Assembly: GCA_002408565.1 (NCBI GenBank) | Contig: DHTA01000005.1 | Location: forward strand, 178,383-242,382 | Length of the DNA: 64,000 nt | Origin: Patescibacteria group bacterium UBA5272 | Lineage (GTDB): Bacteria > Patescibacteriota > Minisyncoccia > Phycocordibacterales > UBA5272 | Reading direction: 5' to 3' | Shown here: piece after piece, positions 7,927 to 17,048 of the stretch | Numbering within the stretch: position 1 is the first letter of the stretch | Layout: each line of letters starts with the position of its first letter | Made by a program: the position numbers and the translations under genes | The notes under the pieces: model-generated | What the model was told of the DNA's origin: nothing | Databases searched by the model: none | The model's input: the letters and a program-made list of their open reading frames with translations, nothing else

Positions 7927-9474
7927 ATGGATAATTTAGACAACAAAAACCTTAACTTTAGCTCCGAGAACATCTCTATTCTTTTACACGGGATATTTGA
8001 AGTTGCTCCAAAAGAAAAACACTTTTCTGAAGAAGATAAAAAAATAATAGAAAAAGCTTTCAATTTTGCTAAAAAAGCTCATGAGGGACACCTAAGAAAG
8101 TCTGGCGAACCATATTTTATTCATTGCGTAGAAACTGCTAAAAATATTGCTAGACAAAATATGGGCGCCAACACCATAGCAGCTGGATTGTTACACGACA
8201 CGCTAGAAGATACAGACACTTCTAAAGAGTCTTTAGAAAATGAATTTGGAATAGAAATTTTAACTTTAGTAGAAGGAGTTTCTAAGTTGGGCACAATTAA
8301 GTATAAAGGAGTAGAGAGACATGCAGAAAGTATGAGGAAATTTTTTGTAGCTTTGGCGGATGATATTCGGGTGGTAGTGATTAAACTTTGCGACCGTTTG
8401 CACAACGTTAGCACTCTCGAATATATAGAAGAAGAAAAAAGAAAAAGAATAGCTATGGAAACTTTAGAAATTTATGCCCGTCTAGCTGACAGAATAGGTA
8501 TGGGAAAATTAAAAAGCGAGCTAGAAGACGAAGCTTTTCCTTATGCTCATCCTGATGATTATCAAAAAGTGAAAGATATGTTCGATTCTGTAAGTACAGC
8601 CTCAGAAGAATATCTTTTAAAGATTTTAGATAAAGTCAAAGAAGAGTTAAAAATCTTTGACATTAAATATCTAAAAATAGATCACAGATTAAAGCATCTT
8701 CACTCTCTTTACGAAAAACTTAAAAAACATAATTGGGATATACAAAAAATCTACGATATTGCCGCTATGAGAATTATAGTTGAAGATTTGGCTACTTGCT
8801 ATCAGGCTTTAGGTGTTATTCATGGGCTTTATAAACCAGTACCAAGAAGATTTAAAGATTATATTGCTTTACCAAAACCTAACGGATATCAGTCTCTTCA
8901 CACTACAGTTTTTGATGGTGAAGGAGGTACTTTTGAAGTACAGATTCGCACAAAACAAATGCATGAAGAAGCTGAATATGGTATAGCTTCCCATCTATCT
9001 TATAAAGAAATTGGTGATTTTAAAAAAGTGAAAAATAAACAAGAGTTATCAAAAATGAATAATATAAATGAAAAAATAGCTTGGGCAAAACAATTTTTTC
9101 AACCTCAAGACATGGATTCTGAAAACAAAGATTTTATTAAAAATATTAAAGAAGAATTTTTTGACGAAACTTTATTTATTCACACACCTAAAGGAGATAT
9201 TATTGAGATGCCTAAAGAGTCAGGAGTAATTGATTTTGCTTATATGGTTCACTCTGATATAGGCAATCATATTTCTGGTGTCATGGTAAACGCTAAAATG
9301 GTCTCTTTAGATACAAAATTAAAAGATGGAGATATGGTAGAAATTATCACCAAAGAAGAAGCTAAACCAACTCATAAATGGCTCAATTACGCCTCCACTT
9401 CTTTAGCTAGAAGGCATATACGAAATTACCTTAAAGATAGCAATAGTTTGCGAAATAGATTTTTATCAAAATAA
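7927..9474 (+). CDS. rel: bifunctional (p)ppGpp synthetase/hydrolase Rel (HD + synthetase + TGS; no C-terminal ACT domain)
   Basis: HD motif HLRKSGEPYFIHCVETA...LLHDTLEDT. Synthetase core RIIVEDLATCYQALGVIHGLYKPVPRRFKDYIALPKPNGYQSLHTTV. TGS-like region IFIHTPKGDIIEMP...GDMVEIIT. Confidence 0.85.
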   Translation: MDNLDNKNLNFSSENISILLHGIFEVAPKEKHFSEEDKKIIEKAFNFAKKAHEGHLRKSGEPYFIHCVETAKNIARQNMGANTIAAGLLHDTLEDTDTSKESLENEFGIEILTLVEGVSKLGTIKYKGVERHAESMRKFFVALADDIRVVVIKLCDRLHNVSTLEYIEEEKRKRIAMETLEIYARLADRIGMGKLKSELEDEAFPYAHPDDYQKVKDMFDSVSTASEEYLLKILDKVKEELKIFDIKYLKIDHRLKHLHSLYEKLKKHNWDIQKIYDIAAMRIIVEDLATCYQALGVIHGLYKPVPRRFKDYIALPKPNGYQSLHTTVFDGEGGTFEVQIRTKQMHEEAEYGIASHLSYKEIGDFKKVKNKQELSKMNNINEKIAWAKQFFQPQDMDSENKDFIKNIKEEFFDETLFIHTPKGDIIEMPKESGVIDFAYMVHSDIGNHISGVMVNAKMVSLDTKLKDGDMVEIITKEEAKPTHKWLNYASTSLARRHIRNYLKDSNSLRNRFLSK

Positions 9475-9484
9475 TTTATTTAGA

Positions 9485-10633
9485 TTATAAACTGAAATTT
9501 CTAATATCGTAGAGATCGTCTTCTCTTTCTTGAAAATTTCTAATCTCTTCTTTACTTCTGTCGTCTTCCAATTTAAAGTCTCCCAAATTACTGTCGTAAA
9601 AAGTTTGAATTTGAGTATGTCTATTATCATCATATTTTTCCTCCACCTCACTTTTCGCACCCTCTTCCATTTCTTCTTTTGTTTCTAGCTTTCTTTCTAT
9701 CTCTAACATAGACTTTTCCTCTATTTCTTTTACTTCATCTTTATCCACTTCCCCAACAAATCCTATTGTTTTTTTAATCTTATCAAACATACCTTCATGC
9801 ACCTTTTCGCTACCAGCTCTTTTAATAAGCCCAGCCAAAGCTAAAAGCTCATCATGTGAAAAATAATCAATAGTAATTTTTCCGCCTTTTTCTTTTGGTT
9901 CAATAGAAACCCTGGTCCCTAAACTTTCAGCCAACCTTTTTTCTAAATCTATCACTTCAGGGTTAGCTACTAAGGATTTTTTACGAACTTTCTCTAAAGC
10001 TACCCTTCTAGCCAAACCTTCGGCTTCACGGACAGTCATCTTTCGCATAAGCATCTCTTTAAAAAGAGTGATTTGTTCGTCTGGTTTATCAACCAGCATA
10101 AGAAGTGGACGAGTATGTCCCTCAGAAATTTTTCCATCTACCAAAGCGTCTAGAATCTCTTGCGGAAGCATTAAAATACGCACAGTGTTTGAAACATACT
10201 CTCTACTTTTACCGACTTTTTTGCCAATCTCAACCCAAGAAAGTTTAAACTCGTCAGCCAACTGTTGAAAAGATTTTGCCCTATCTACAGAGTTTAAATC
10301 TTCTCTTTGAATATTTTCGATAATTGCTAATTCAAGTTTAGCCCTATTGTCGTCTCCTACACGCACAACACAAGGCACCTCTCTTACTCCAGCAAGCTTT
10401 GAAGCGCGAAGCCTTCTTTCTCCAGCAATCAATTCGTAAGCTACAGAAATTGAACCGTCGTCATGAGAATCTTCTCTTCTGGTAACTACAAGCGGTTGAA
10501 GTACTCCATATTGACGAATACTTTCAGCCAAATCCCTTAGATTATGTTCATCAAATTCACGACGAGGTTGATAAGGATTGGGTTGTATTTTATCTGTCTC
10601 TATCCAGAAGACCGCATTTTGTAATTCAGCCAT
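9485..10633 (-). CDS. parB: chromosome partitioning protein ParB with a long acidic C-terminal extension
   Basis: The ParB box GERRLRASKLAGVREVPCVV and an HTH region are present. Length is 382 aa against a typical ~290. The tail is EEMEEGAKSEVEEKYDD... No parA is adjacent. Confidence 0.85.
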   Translation of the reverse strand: MAELQNAVFWIETDKIQPNPYQPRREFDEHNLRDLAESIRQYGVLQPLVVTRREDSHDDGSISVAYELIAGERRLRASKLAGVREVPCVVRVGDDNRAKLELAIIENIQREDLNSVDRAKSFQQLADEFKLSWVEIGKKVGKSREYVSNTVRILMLPQEILDALVDGKISEGHTRPLLMLVDKPDEQITLFKEMLMRKMTVREAEGLARRVALEKVRKKSLVANPEVIDLEKRLAESLGTRVSIEPKEKGGKITIDYFSHDELLALAGLIKRAGSEKVHEGMFDKIKKTIGFVGEVDKDEVKEIEEKSMLEIERKLETKEEMEEGAKSEVEEKYDDNRHTQIQTFYDSNLGDFKLEDDRSKEEIRNFQEREDDLYDIRNFSL

Positions 10634-10708
10634 ATTTTAAAAGATTATTTATATTTATGAAAATATTATAGCATGGAAAAAAGTCTAATATATGATATAT
10701 TGTTAATA

Positions 10709-10736
10709 AATCTGATCAGATTAAAATCAGATTAAA
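10709..10736. promoter_or_regulatory. candidate operator: 14-bp perfect palindrome plus an extra half-site
   Basis: AATCTGATCAGATT (10709-10722) is a perfect palindrome. The half-site ATCAGATTAAAA is then repeated at 10725-10736. The site lies between divergent parB and tRNA-Leu/sanA, overlapping the -35 region of the tRNA promoter. Confidence 0.35.
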
Positions 10737-10750
10737 AAATTCAAAAGTTT

Positions 10751-10831
10751 GCCGGAGTGGTGGAATGGTATACACGTGCGACTCAAAATCGCATGCCTCA
10801 CGGCTTGTGGGTTCAAGTCCCACCTTCGGCA
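10751..10831 (+). tRNA. tRNA-Leu (anticodon CAA), long variable arm
   Basis: Acceptor GCCGGAG/CTTCGGC (one G-U pair), anticodon stem TGCGA/TCGCA with loop CTCAAAA giving anticodon CAA, a 13-nt variable arm, and T-arm GTGGG-TTCAAGT-CCCAC. Length is 81 nt. Confidence 0.85.
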
Positions 10832-10879
10832 CAAATTTTAAAGAATGACTTTTTTCTAAATAATTGCTATATTTTAATC

Positions 10880-11605
10880 ATGAAAAATAGCTACCAAAAG
10901 ACAAAAATTTGGCTCTGGAAAGCGATTTTGATTGCTCTTATATTACTTTTGGCATTTATAATTATTTCTTTAATTATTTATTATTACATATCTAACTATT
11001 CTAAAGAATTTATATATTCAGAAACAGACTCTATCCCCTCAAACAAGGCTGGGCTTGTACTCGGAACTTCGCCTGTCACCACTACTGGATCTTTAAATTT
11101 ATTTTTCATAAATCGCATGACAGCTACCAAAGAATTGTTGGACGCTAAAAAAATAGATTATGCTATCGTATCTGGAGACAACAGAACTGTGGCTTATAAT
11201 GAACCAAAATATATGCGAAACTATTTACTCAAATTAAACGTAGACGAAAATGCTATTGTTCCAGACTATGCAGGCAGAAGAACTTTGGATTCAGTTTTAA
11301 GAAGCAATAAAGTTTTTAATCAAGACGAGATTACTATTATTTCTCAAAAATTTCATAATGAAAGAGCTGTTTTTATAGCTAGAAAAAACGGCATAAATGC
11401 TATCGCGTATAACGCTGAATATCCTTTTGAAAAATTTACCGACAATATTTATGTAAATATTAAAACTTTTTTAAGAGAAATTTTAGCGAGAGATTTAGCT
11501 GTCTATGATGTGCTCACTAATAAAAAACCAGCTATTTTAGGTAGCCAGATAAAAATTGAAAATGAAAAAATTGAAGGTATGCGAAGATTGATTTTAGAAG
11601 ATTAA
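10880..11605 (+). CDS. SanA/YdcF (DUF218) family membrane protein
   Basis: Start trimmed to MKNSYQKTKIWLW, since the track extension reads through the tRNA. There is an N-terminal TM helix, then a DUF218-like core (VSGDNRTVAYNEP...DYAGRRTLDS...NERAVFIARKNGI). Confidence 0.6.
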   Translation: MKNSYQKTKIWLWKAILIALILLLAFIIISLIIYYYISNYSKEFIYSETDSIPSNKAGLVLGTSPVTTTGSLNLFFINRMTATKELLDAKKIDYAIVSGDNRTVAYNEPKYMRNYLLKLNVDENAIVPDYAGRRTLDSVLRSNKVFNQDEITIISQKFHNERAVFIARKNGINAIAYNAEYPFEKFTDNIYVNIKTFLREILARDLAVYDVLTNKKPAILGSQIKIENEKIEGMRRLILED

Positions 11606-11609
11606 AAAT

Positions 11610-12539
11610 ATGCAAAAAATGTTACCAAAAATCTATATAATCATTGGTCCAACAGCTAGTGGAAAAAGTGATGTAGCTGTAGATTTAGCTAAAAAAATAA
11701 ATGGAGAAATAATTTCTGCAGACTCTCGTCAGATTTATAAACATCTTAATATTGGCTCAGGAAAAATTACTAAAGAAGAAACATGTAGAGTAAAACATTA
11801 CTGTTTAGATATTGTGAATCCCAAAAAATATTCTAAGAATTATGCTAAAAATTATCAAAGTTTTTCTGTAAATGATTATTTAAAGTTTGCAAATAAAGCT
11901 ATAAAGAAAATTATAAAAAAGAAAAAAACTCCAATTATTTGTGGTGGAACTGGTTTGTATATTGATGCTTTACTTTATGGGCTCCCTAAAAATGCCAAAC
12001 CAAATCCTCTACTTCGAGCTGAACTTGAAAAAGAAAATCTAGAAAATTTACTTTTAAAAATTAAAGAATTAAATACAAAAAAATATTTAGAACTTATAAA
12101 AAATGAAAACCCTAGTGAGAGAAACAACAAAAGAAGACTGATTAGAATTATAGAAATTTTGGAAGGTAAAAAAATGAAAAATGAAAAACTAGAAATCTCA
12201 AAACTTAATAAAAAAATAAGATACAACCCAGAATTTATTTTTATTGAAAAAAGTGACGAAGAGCTCAGAAAAAGAATAAACTTGAGACTAAAAAGAAGAT
12301 TAGATGCCCAAGGAAAAAATGGGCTTGTAGAAGAAATAAAATTTTTAAGAGAAAAATTAAAACTTAATGATGAATGGTTACTTTCGCTTGGTCTAGAATA
12401 TAAATATGTAACGATGTATTTGAGAGGAGATTTGACTTATGAGAGCATGATAGAAACTTTGCAAAACAAAATTTGGCAATTCGCTAAAAGACAAATTTTA
12501 TGGAATAAGAGGTACAAAAATGTTATAATCTCAGAATAA
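11610..12539 (+). CDS. miaA: tRNA dimethylallyltransferase
   Basis: P-loop IIIGPTASGKSDVAVDLAKK and DSRQIYKHLNIGSGKIT match MiaA. Confidence 0.85.
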   Translation: MQKMLPKIYIIIGPTASGKSDVAVDLAKKINGEIISADSRQIYKHLNIGSGKITKEETCRVKHYCLDIVNPKKYSKNYAKNYQSFSVNDYLKFANKAIKKIIKKKKTPIICGGTGLYIDALLYGLPKNAKPNPLLRAELEKENLENLLLKIKELNTKKYLELIKNENPSERNNKRRLIRIIEILEGKKMKNEKLEISKLNKKIRYNPEFIFIEKSDEELRKRINLRLKRRLDAQGKNGLVEEIKFLREKLKLNDEWLLSLGLEYKYVTMYLRGDLTYESMIETLQNKIWQFAKRQILWNKRYKNVIISE

Positions 12540-12542
12540 TTT

Positions 12543-14060
12543 ATGGAAAACCTATCTGAAAAATACTATATAACTATCGGTCTAGAAATACATGCCGAGT
12601 TAAAAACAAACAGTAAAATGTTTTGTTCTTGCGCCAATGTCCCGCTTGAAGACTCTCCAAATAAAAATGTCTGCCCTATTTGTATGGCTCATCCTGGCAC
12701 TCTTCCGACTTTAAACAAAGAAGCTATTCAAAAAATGATTCAAATAGGTCTTTATATTGGAGCAGATATCGCTAATTTTACAGAATGGGACAGAAAACAT
12801 TATTTTTATCCAGATATTCCTAAAGCTTATCAGCTCACCCAATACAAATACCCCATAGTTTCGAACGGGAAAATTAACGATTGGCCTTTGACAAGAATAC
12901 ATTTAGAAGAAGACACTGCTAAATCTACCCACGATCAAGGAAATCATACTTTAATAGATTTCAATAGATCTGGAGTGCCCCTTATGGAGCTTGTGACCGA
13001 GCCACAAACTTTCGAGGATATTGAAGTAGCCGCTAAAGCTTGTAGTGATTTTGCAAAAGAACTACAATTGATTTTAAGGACTTTGGATGCTAGTGAAGCT
13101 GAGATGAGCAAAGGTCAAATGAGAATCGAGGTTAATCTCTCGGTCACTAAAGATAAAAATAAATATGGCACCAAAGTAGAAGTTAAGAATATCAACTCCT
13201 TTAAATCTGTAGAAGATTCTGTTCGCTATGAAGCCAAAAGGCATATTGAATTAAATGAAGCTGGGAAAAAAGATGAAATAGTTCAAGAAACCAGAGGTTT
13301 TGAGGAAAATAAAAGAATCACTGTGCCTCAAAGAAAAAAAGAGTCTGCTAATGACTACAAGTATTTTCCTGATCCAGATCTACCTAAACTTTATTTACAC
13401 TCTTTATTTAATTTGAAAGAAATTGAAGAGGATTTACCTGAAAAGCTTCCAAAAATTAGACAAAATCTTAAGGAGGCTGGTGTAAAAGACGACTATATTG
13501 AATTACTTTTAAATAATACTATTTTGTTTAAATATTTTGATAAAGTAAAAGAAGAGATTGAAAATCGTGATTTCGATAAAGAAAAAATAAATCAATTAAT
13601 TAATTTATCTGTAAATTATATCTCAGTAGATGTCTCAGCAATTTTACAAAAAGAGTCTGAAAATAGCTTAGTTCATTTCATAGACGAAGAAGATTTTGTC
13701 GAGATAATGGAAATGATTTTAAATAAAGAACTTTCTAGCCGTGGAGCTAAAGACTTAATTCTTTTTATAATGACCGAACTTTCTAATGAAAAAATGTTAG
13801 AAATGGCAGAAAACGATATGAGTGCCAGAGAAATCGCTGAAATGAAAGGTCTGATACAAAAAAATGATAAAGAAAGTTTAGAAAAAATAATTGATACAGT
13901 GATAGCTAACAACCTCGACCAATTTAAAGAATTGGAAGAGCAAATTAAAACTGGAAATGAAAAATTAATAATGTTTTTTGTGGGACAGGCCATGAAAGAA
14001 TCTAAAGGCTCTGGCAATCCTCAAATGTTTACAGAAATTATAAAAGAGAAAATTTTATAA
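12543..14060 (+). CDS. gatB: Asp/Glu-tRNA amidotransferase subunit B
   Basis: ITIGLEIHAELKTNSKMFCSC, the GatB N-terminal catalytic region, and a C-terminal GatB/YqeY domain. No gatA or gatC is adjacent. Confidence 0.9.
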   Translation: MENLSEKYYITIGLEIHAELKTNSKMFCSCANVPLEDSPNKNVCPICMAHPGTLPTLNKEAIQKMIQIGLYIGADIANFTEWDRKHYFYPDIPKAYQLTQYKYPIVSNGKINDWPLTRIHLEEDTAKSTHDQGNHTLIDFNRSGVPLMELVTEPQTFEDIEVAAKACSDFAKELQLILRTLDASEAEMSKGQMRIEVNLSVTKDKNKYGTKVEVKNINSFKSVEDSVRYEAKRHIELNEAGKKDEIVQETRGFEENKRITVPQRKKESANDYKYFPDPDLPKLYLHSLFNLKEIEEDLPEKLPKIRQNLKEAGVKDDYIELLLNNTILFKYFDKVKEEIENRDFDKEKINQLINLSVNYISVDVSAILQKESENSLVHFIDEEDFVEIMEMILNKELSSRGAKDLILFIMTELSNEKMLEMAENDMSAREIAEMKGLIQKNDKESLEKIIDTVIANNLDQFKELEEQIKTGNEKLIMFFVGQAMKESKGSGNPQMFTEIIKEKIL

Positions 14061-14062
14061 TT

Positions 14063-15082
14063 TTATTCTGTCAAAATACTTTCTAATCTCTTTTCAAACT
14101 CTCTAACTGATTCATCATCAAAAAGTGAGAGCAGTATAATATCTTTTTTTTTCTGTTTAGAGACTTTAGCTAGGTCAGAAACTTTTTTAGCCAATTCTTT
14201 TTTATCTTTTATTTCATCAATTTTAGAAAGAATAACAATTTCTTTTTTCTTGGCAAGCTCATTATTTTTGGTGCTCAAAAGATCGTTTTTTTCATTTTTT
14301 TTATCATAATTTTTCAATTCTTCTCTGATAGTTTTATAAGCTGATTTTGTATCTTCATTTTCTGCAGAAACTAAATGAAATAAAATTTTAGTGCGAGAAA
14401 TATGTTTTAAAAATTTATAACCAAGACCTTTTCCTTCACTAGCTCCTTCAATTAATCCTGGAATATCAGCTAAGATATATTTTTTATAAGCTCCTAAATT
14501 TGGTTCCAGTGTAGTGAAAGAATAATTTCCAATTTTAGCTCTACTATTTGTAAGAGTGTTTAAAACTGAGCTTTTCCCAGCATTTGGTAAGCCAATAAAA
14601 CCAGCATCAGCGATTAATTTAAGCTCTATTTCCAAAACCGCGTCTTCTCCCCTTTCTCCTTTAGTAAATTCTTCTGGAGCTTGATTGGTAGAAGTTTTAA
14701 AATTCTCATTTCCGAGACCCCCTTTACCTCCTCTTAAAATTAAGATTTTTTCACCAACTTTATTACATTCATATTTGATGTCATAAGTTTTGTTATAAAC
14801 CAAAGAACCTACAGGAATTCTTAAATATAAATCCTCCGCTCCATGTCCATGCATACTTCTTTTTTTTCCATCTTTGCCATTTTCCGCATCCCAGTCTCTT
14901 TTATTTTTGTAATCATCGAGAGCTTGAATATCTTGTACTACTTCCAAATAGACATCACCGCCTTTTCCTCCGTCACCACCAGCTGGTCCACCATAAGGAA
15001 TACCTTTTTCCCTTCTCCAACGAACTACCCCATCACCACCTTTTCCGGCTTTTACATTCAAAACTACATGATCAATTAACAT
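14063..15082 (-). CDS. obg: GTPase Obg/CgtA
   Basis: Obg fold with the glycine-rich GKGGDGVVRWRREKGIPYGGPAGGDGGKGGDV, then GTPase motifs GLPNAGKSS and DIPGLIEGA. Start placed at MLIDHVVLNV (15082) by alignment to the Obg N-terminus; the ORF track gives 15103. Confidence 0.9.
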   Translation of the reverse strand: MLIDHVVLNVKAGKGGDGVVRWRREKGIPYGGPAGGDGGKGGDVYLEVVQDIQALDDYKNKRDWDAENGKDGKKRSMHGHGAEDLYLRIPVGSLVYNKTYDIKYECNKVGEKILILRGGKGGLGNENFKTSTNQAPEEFTKGERGEDAVLEIELKLIADAGFIGLPNAGKSSVLNTLTNSRAKIGNYSFTTLEPNLGAYKKYILADIPGLIEGASEGKGLGYKFLKHISRTKILFHLVSAENEDTKSAYKTIREELKNYDKKNEKNDLLSTKNNELAKKKEIVILSKIDEIKDKKELAKKVSDLAKVSKQKKKDIILLSLFDDESVREFEKRLESILTE

Positions 15083-15124
15083 AAATTTCTTAAATAGTAC
15101 CATAAAATAAGACTTTATTAAATA

Positions 15125-15154
15125 TTGACATGTACCACTAAAAGATGATATAAT
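15125..15154 (+). promoter_or_regulatory. near-consensus sigma-70 promoter (TTGACA, 18-bp spacer, TATAAT)
   Basis: TTGACA at 15125-15130, an 18-nt spacer, and TATAAT at 15149-15154. It faces the small ORF at 15205. Confidence 0.5.
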
Positions 15155-15204
15155 AGAATAAGGAACCTGTCTTAAATATTCTTTTAATATTAAAACTAGT
15201 GATA

Positions 15205-15375
15205 ATGCTAAGAAAGATTTTTACTTGGATTCTTGTTCTTGTGGCAGTTATCCTTTTTTTATTGAAAGATGTAAGATTATCAAATATTCAAATAGAGCGT
15301 TATATTGTGCCTATAACAATATTTTGTTTACTGGTAATTCTTCGTTTCTTTTATTGGATAGCTAAAGGAAAATAA
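15205..15375 (+). CDS. small hydrophobic protein (56 aa, two predicted TM helices); could instead be a small RNA
   Basis: MLRKIFTWILVLVAVILFLLKDVRLSNIQIERYIVPITIFCLLVILRFFYWIAKGK with a TAA stop. It falls below the 60-aa track cutoff and is bracketed by a strong promoter and a terminator. Confidence 0.3.
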   Translation: MLRKIFTWILVLVAVILFLLKDVRLSNIQIERYIVPITIFCLLVILRFFYWIAKGK

Positions 15376-15385
15376 AAGTGAAATC

Positions 15386-15421
15386 AAAAAACCGACATAA
15401 TCTTATGTCGGTTTTTATTTT
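15386..15421. terminator. bidirectional rho-independent terminator
   Basis: AAAAACCGACATAA-TCTT-ATGTCGGTTTTTATTTTTT is a perfect 8-bp GC-containing stem flanked by A-runs and T-runs. It serves the small ORF (+) and rpoD (-). Confidence 0.6.
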
Positions 15422-16933
15422 TTAGAAATTCTTTAATCTATAAGACTTCTCGTGTTCACGAATTTTCTCATGAACTTTCGCTTCAATTTGACGTATTCTT
15501 TCACGAGTCACCTGAAACTCTTCACCCACCTCTTCCAGTGTATGCATGACTCCGTTGTAAACTCCAAGACCATTTCTCATTTCTACAATTTTTCTTTCTT
15601 TTTCTGAAAGGTCCATTAATATTTCATTTATCTGATCCGCCAAAATTCTTCGGCTAGCTTCTTGATCTGGAGAAAGTATTTTATCATCAGACACAAACTC
15701 TCCTAAAGAAGACTTGTCATCATCGTCACCCGTCGGTTTTTCTAAAGACAAAGTTTCTTGATCTATATTTTCAATAACATGAATCTTTTCTACATCAACC
15801 CCCATCTCATCAGCAATTTCCTCAGACAAAGGTTCACGCCCCAAATCTTGAGAAAGCCTCCTTAAGACTTGTTTATATTTTGCAATAGTTTCTACCATAT
15901 GCACTGGAATGCGAATGGTGCGAGACTGATCAGCCAAAGCGCGAGTTATACCTTGTCTAATCCACCAGCAAGCGTAAGTTGAGAATTTATAACCTTTACT
16001 AAAATCATATTTTTCCACTGCTTTATACAAACCAAGATTTCCTTCTTGAATTAAATCAAGCAAAGTAAGATTTGGACTTCGTCCGACATATTTTTTAGCG
16101 AAAGTCACAACCAATCTTAAGTTAGACCTCATTAAAATATTTTTAGCTTCTTCATCTCCCATCTCAATTCTTTTAGCCAACTCTCTTTCTTCTTCAGAAG
16201 TAAGCAAAGGGTATTGACCAATTTCTTTTAAATAAATCTGAATACTGTCTCTACCAGATTCATCACTTCCAAGCTTATTCAAATCTTCATCCATGTCTAA
16301 AAGATTACTTCCATCCAAAACATCAACTCCGGCTGTAGAAAGTTTTTCGTAAAGTTCATCTAAATAAGAAATGTCTCTTTCTAGATCCGGAAAAATTTTT
16401 ATAATATCATCGTAAGTAATAAATCCCCTTTCTTTTCCTTTTCGAATAATTTCGTTCTCTTTTTCTAAAAGACCTTCTTGAGATTTTGCCATCCTACTAG
16501 TTTTAGGTTTGCCTCCTTTTTTCTTGTCTCTCGCCAATTTAGCCTTATTTTTATCGATTCTTTTTTGTCTTTCTTTTTTATCTTTAGCATTTTTGATTTC
16601 CCTTCTCTTTTTTTCTTCAACCTTCTCTTTTGTTGAAAGAGATCTCATGTCAATAAATTTTCCATTTGAATCTTTAGGGGTTTTTGTTTTTTTATCCTTA
16701 ACAACTACTTTTTTAGATGGAATTTTTTTAGATGCACTTTTTTTAATTGATTTCTTAGCAACAACTTTTTTAGATGCACTTTTTTTAACATTCTTTTTAT
16801 TCTTAAGAGTGCTAATATTTTTTTTAGACGTCTTGGCTACTTTTTTCTCCTTTTTTTGAGATAAAGAAGGCTTGGTTTTTGTTTTTTTAACGACCTTCTT
16901 TGTTGAGGCGGTTTTTTTTGAATTTTTTTTCAT
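15422..16933 (-). CDS. rpoD: RNA polymerase sigma-70 factor RpoD with a ~170-aa lysine-rich N-terminal extension
   Basis: Region 2 is [38 protein letters not shown]. Region 4 is [23 protein letters not shown]. The N-terminus ([22 protein letters not shown]... with KKxx repeats) is histone-H1/AlgP-like rather than the usual acidic region 1.1. Confidence 0.9.
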   Translation of the reverse strand: MKKNSKKTASTKKVVKKTKTKPSLSQKKEKKVAKTSKKNISTLKNKKNVKKSASKKVVAKKSIKKSASKKIPSKKVVVKDKKTKTPKDSNGKFIDMRSLSTKEKVEEKKRREIKNAKDKKERQKRIDKNKAKLARDKKKGGKPKTSRMAKSQEGLLEKENEIIRKGKERGFITYDDIIKIFPDLERDISYLDELYEKLSTAGVDVLDGSNLLDMDEDLNKLGSDESGRDSIQIYLKEIGQYPLLTSEEERELAKRIEMGDEEAKNILMRSNLRLVVTFAKKYVGRSPNLTLLDLIQEGNLGLYKAVEKYDFSKGYKFSTYACWWIRQGITRALADQSRTIRIPVHMVETIAKYKQVLRRLSQDLGREPLSEEIADEMGVDVEKIHVIENIDQETLSLEKPTGDDDDKSSLGEFVSDDKILSPDQEASRRILADQINEILMDLSEKERKIVEMRNGLGVYNGVMHTLEEVGEEFQVTRERIRQIEAKVHEKIREHEKSYRLKNF

Positions 16934-17048
16934 GTAAAATATTTTTATTTACTAAAAAGTTATAAATTTGCAACCATGAACACGCTCTTGTCAAGTTTTC
17001 AATAGTATACTTCTTTTTTAGAAAATATGCAAGGTTTTTAATGTTTTA

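Noticed and set aside
9485-10750. Search for a canonical parS (TGTTTCACGTGAAACA) near parB
   Set aside because: I could not find one by eye. Only the AATCTGATCAGATT palindrome stands out, and that is reported separately.
10751-10831. Possibility that this tRNA has a UCA (opal-suppressor) anticodon
   Set aside because: With the 5-bp anticodon stem TGCGA/TCGCA the loop is CTCAAAA. Positions 34-36 are therefore CAA (Leu), not TCA.
10757-10879. N-terminal 41-aa extension of the sanA-like ORF
   Set aside because: It is a translation of tRNA-Leu(CAA); the identical MxxxxTRxxxxxxMPHGLxVQVPP peptide is produced from the other Leu tRNA.
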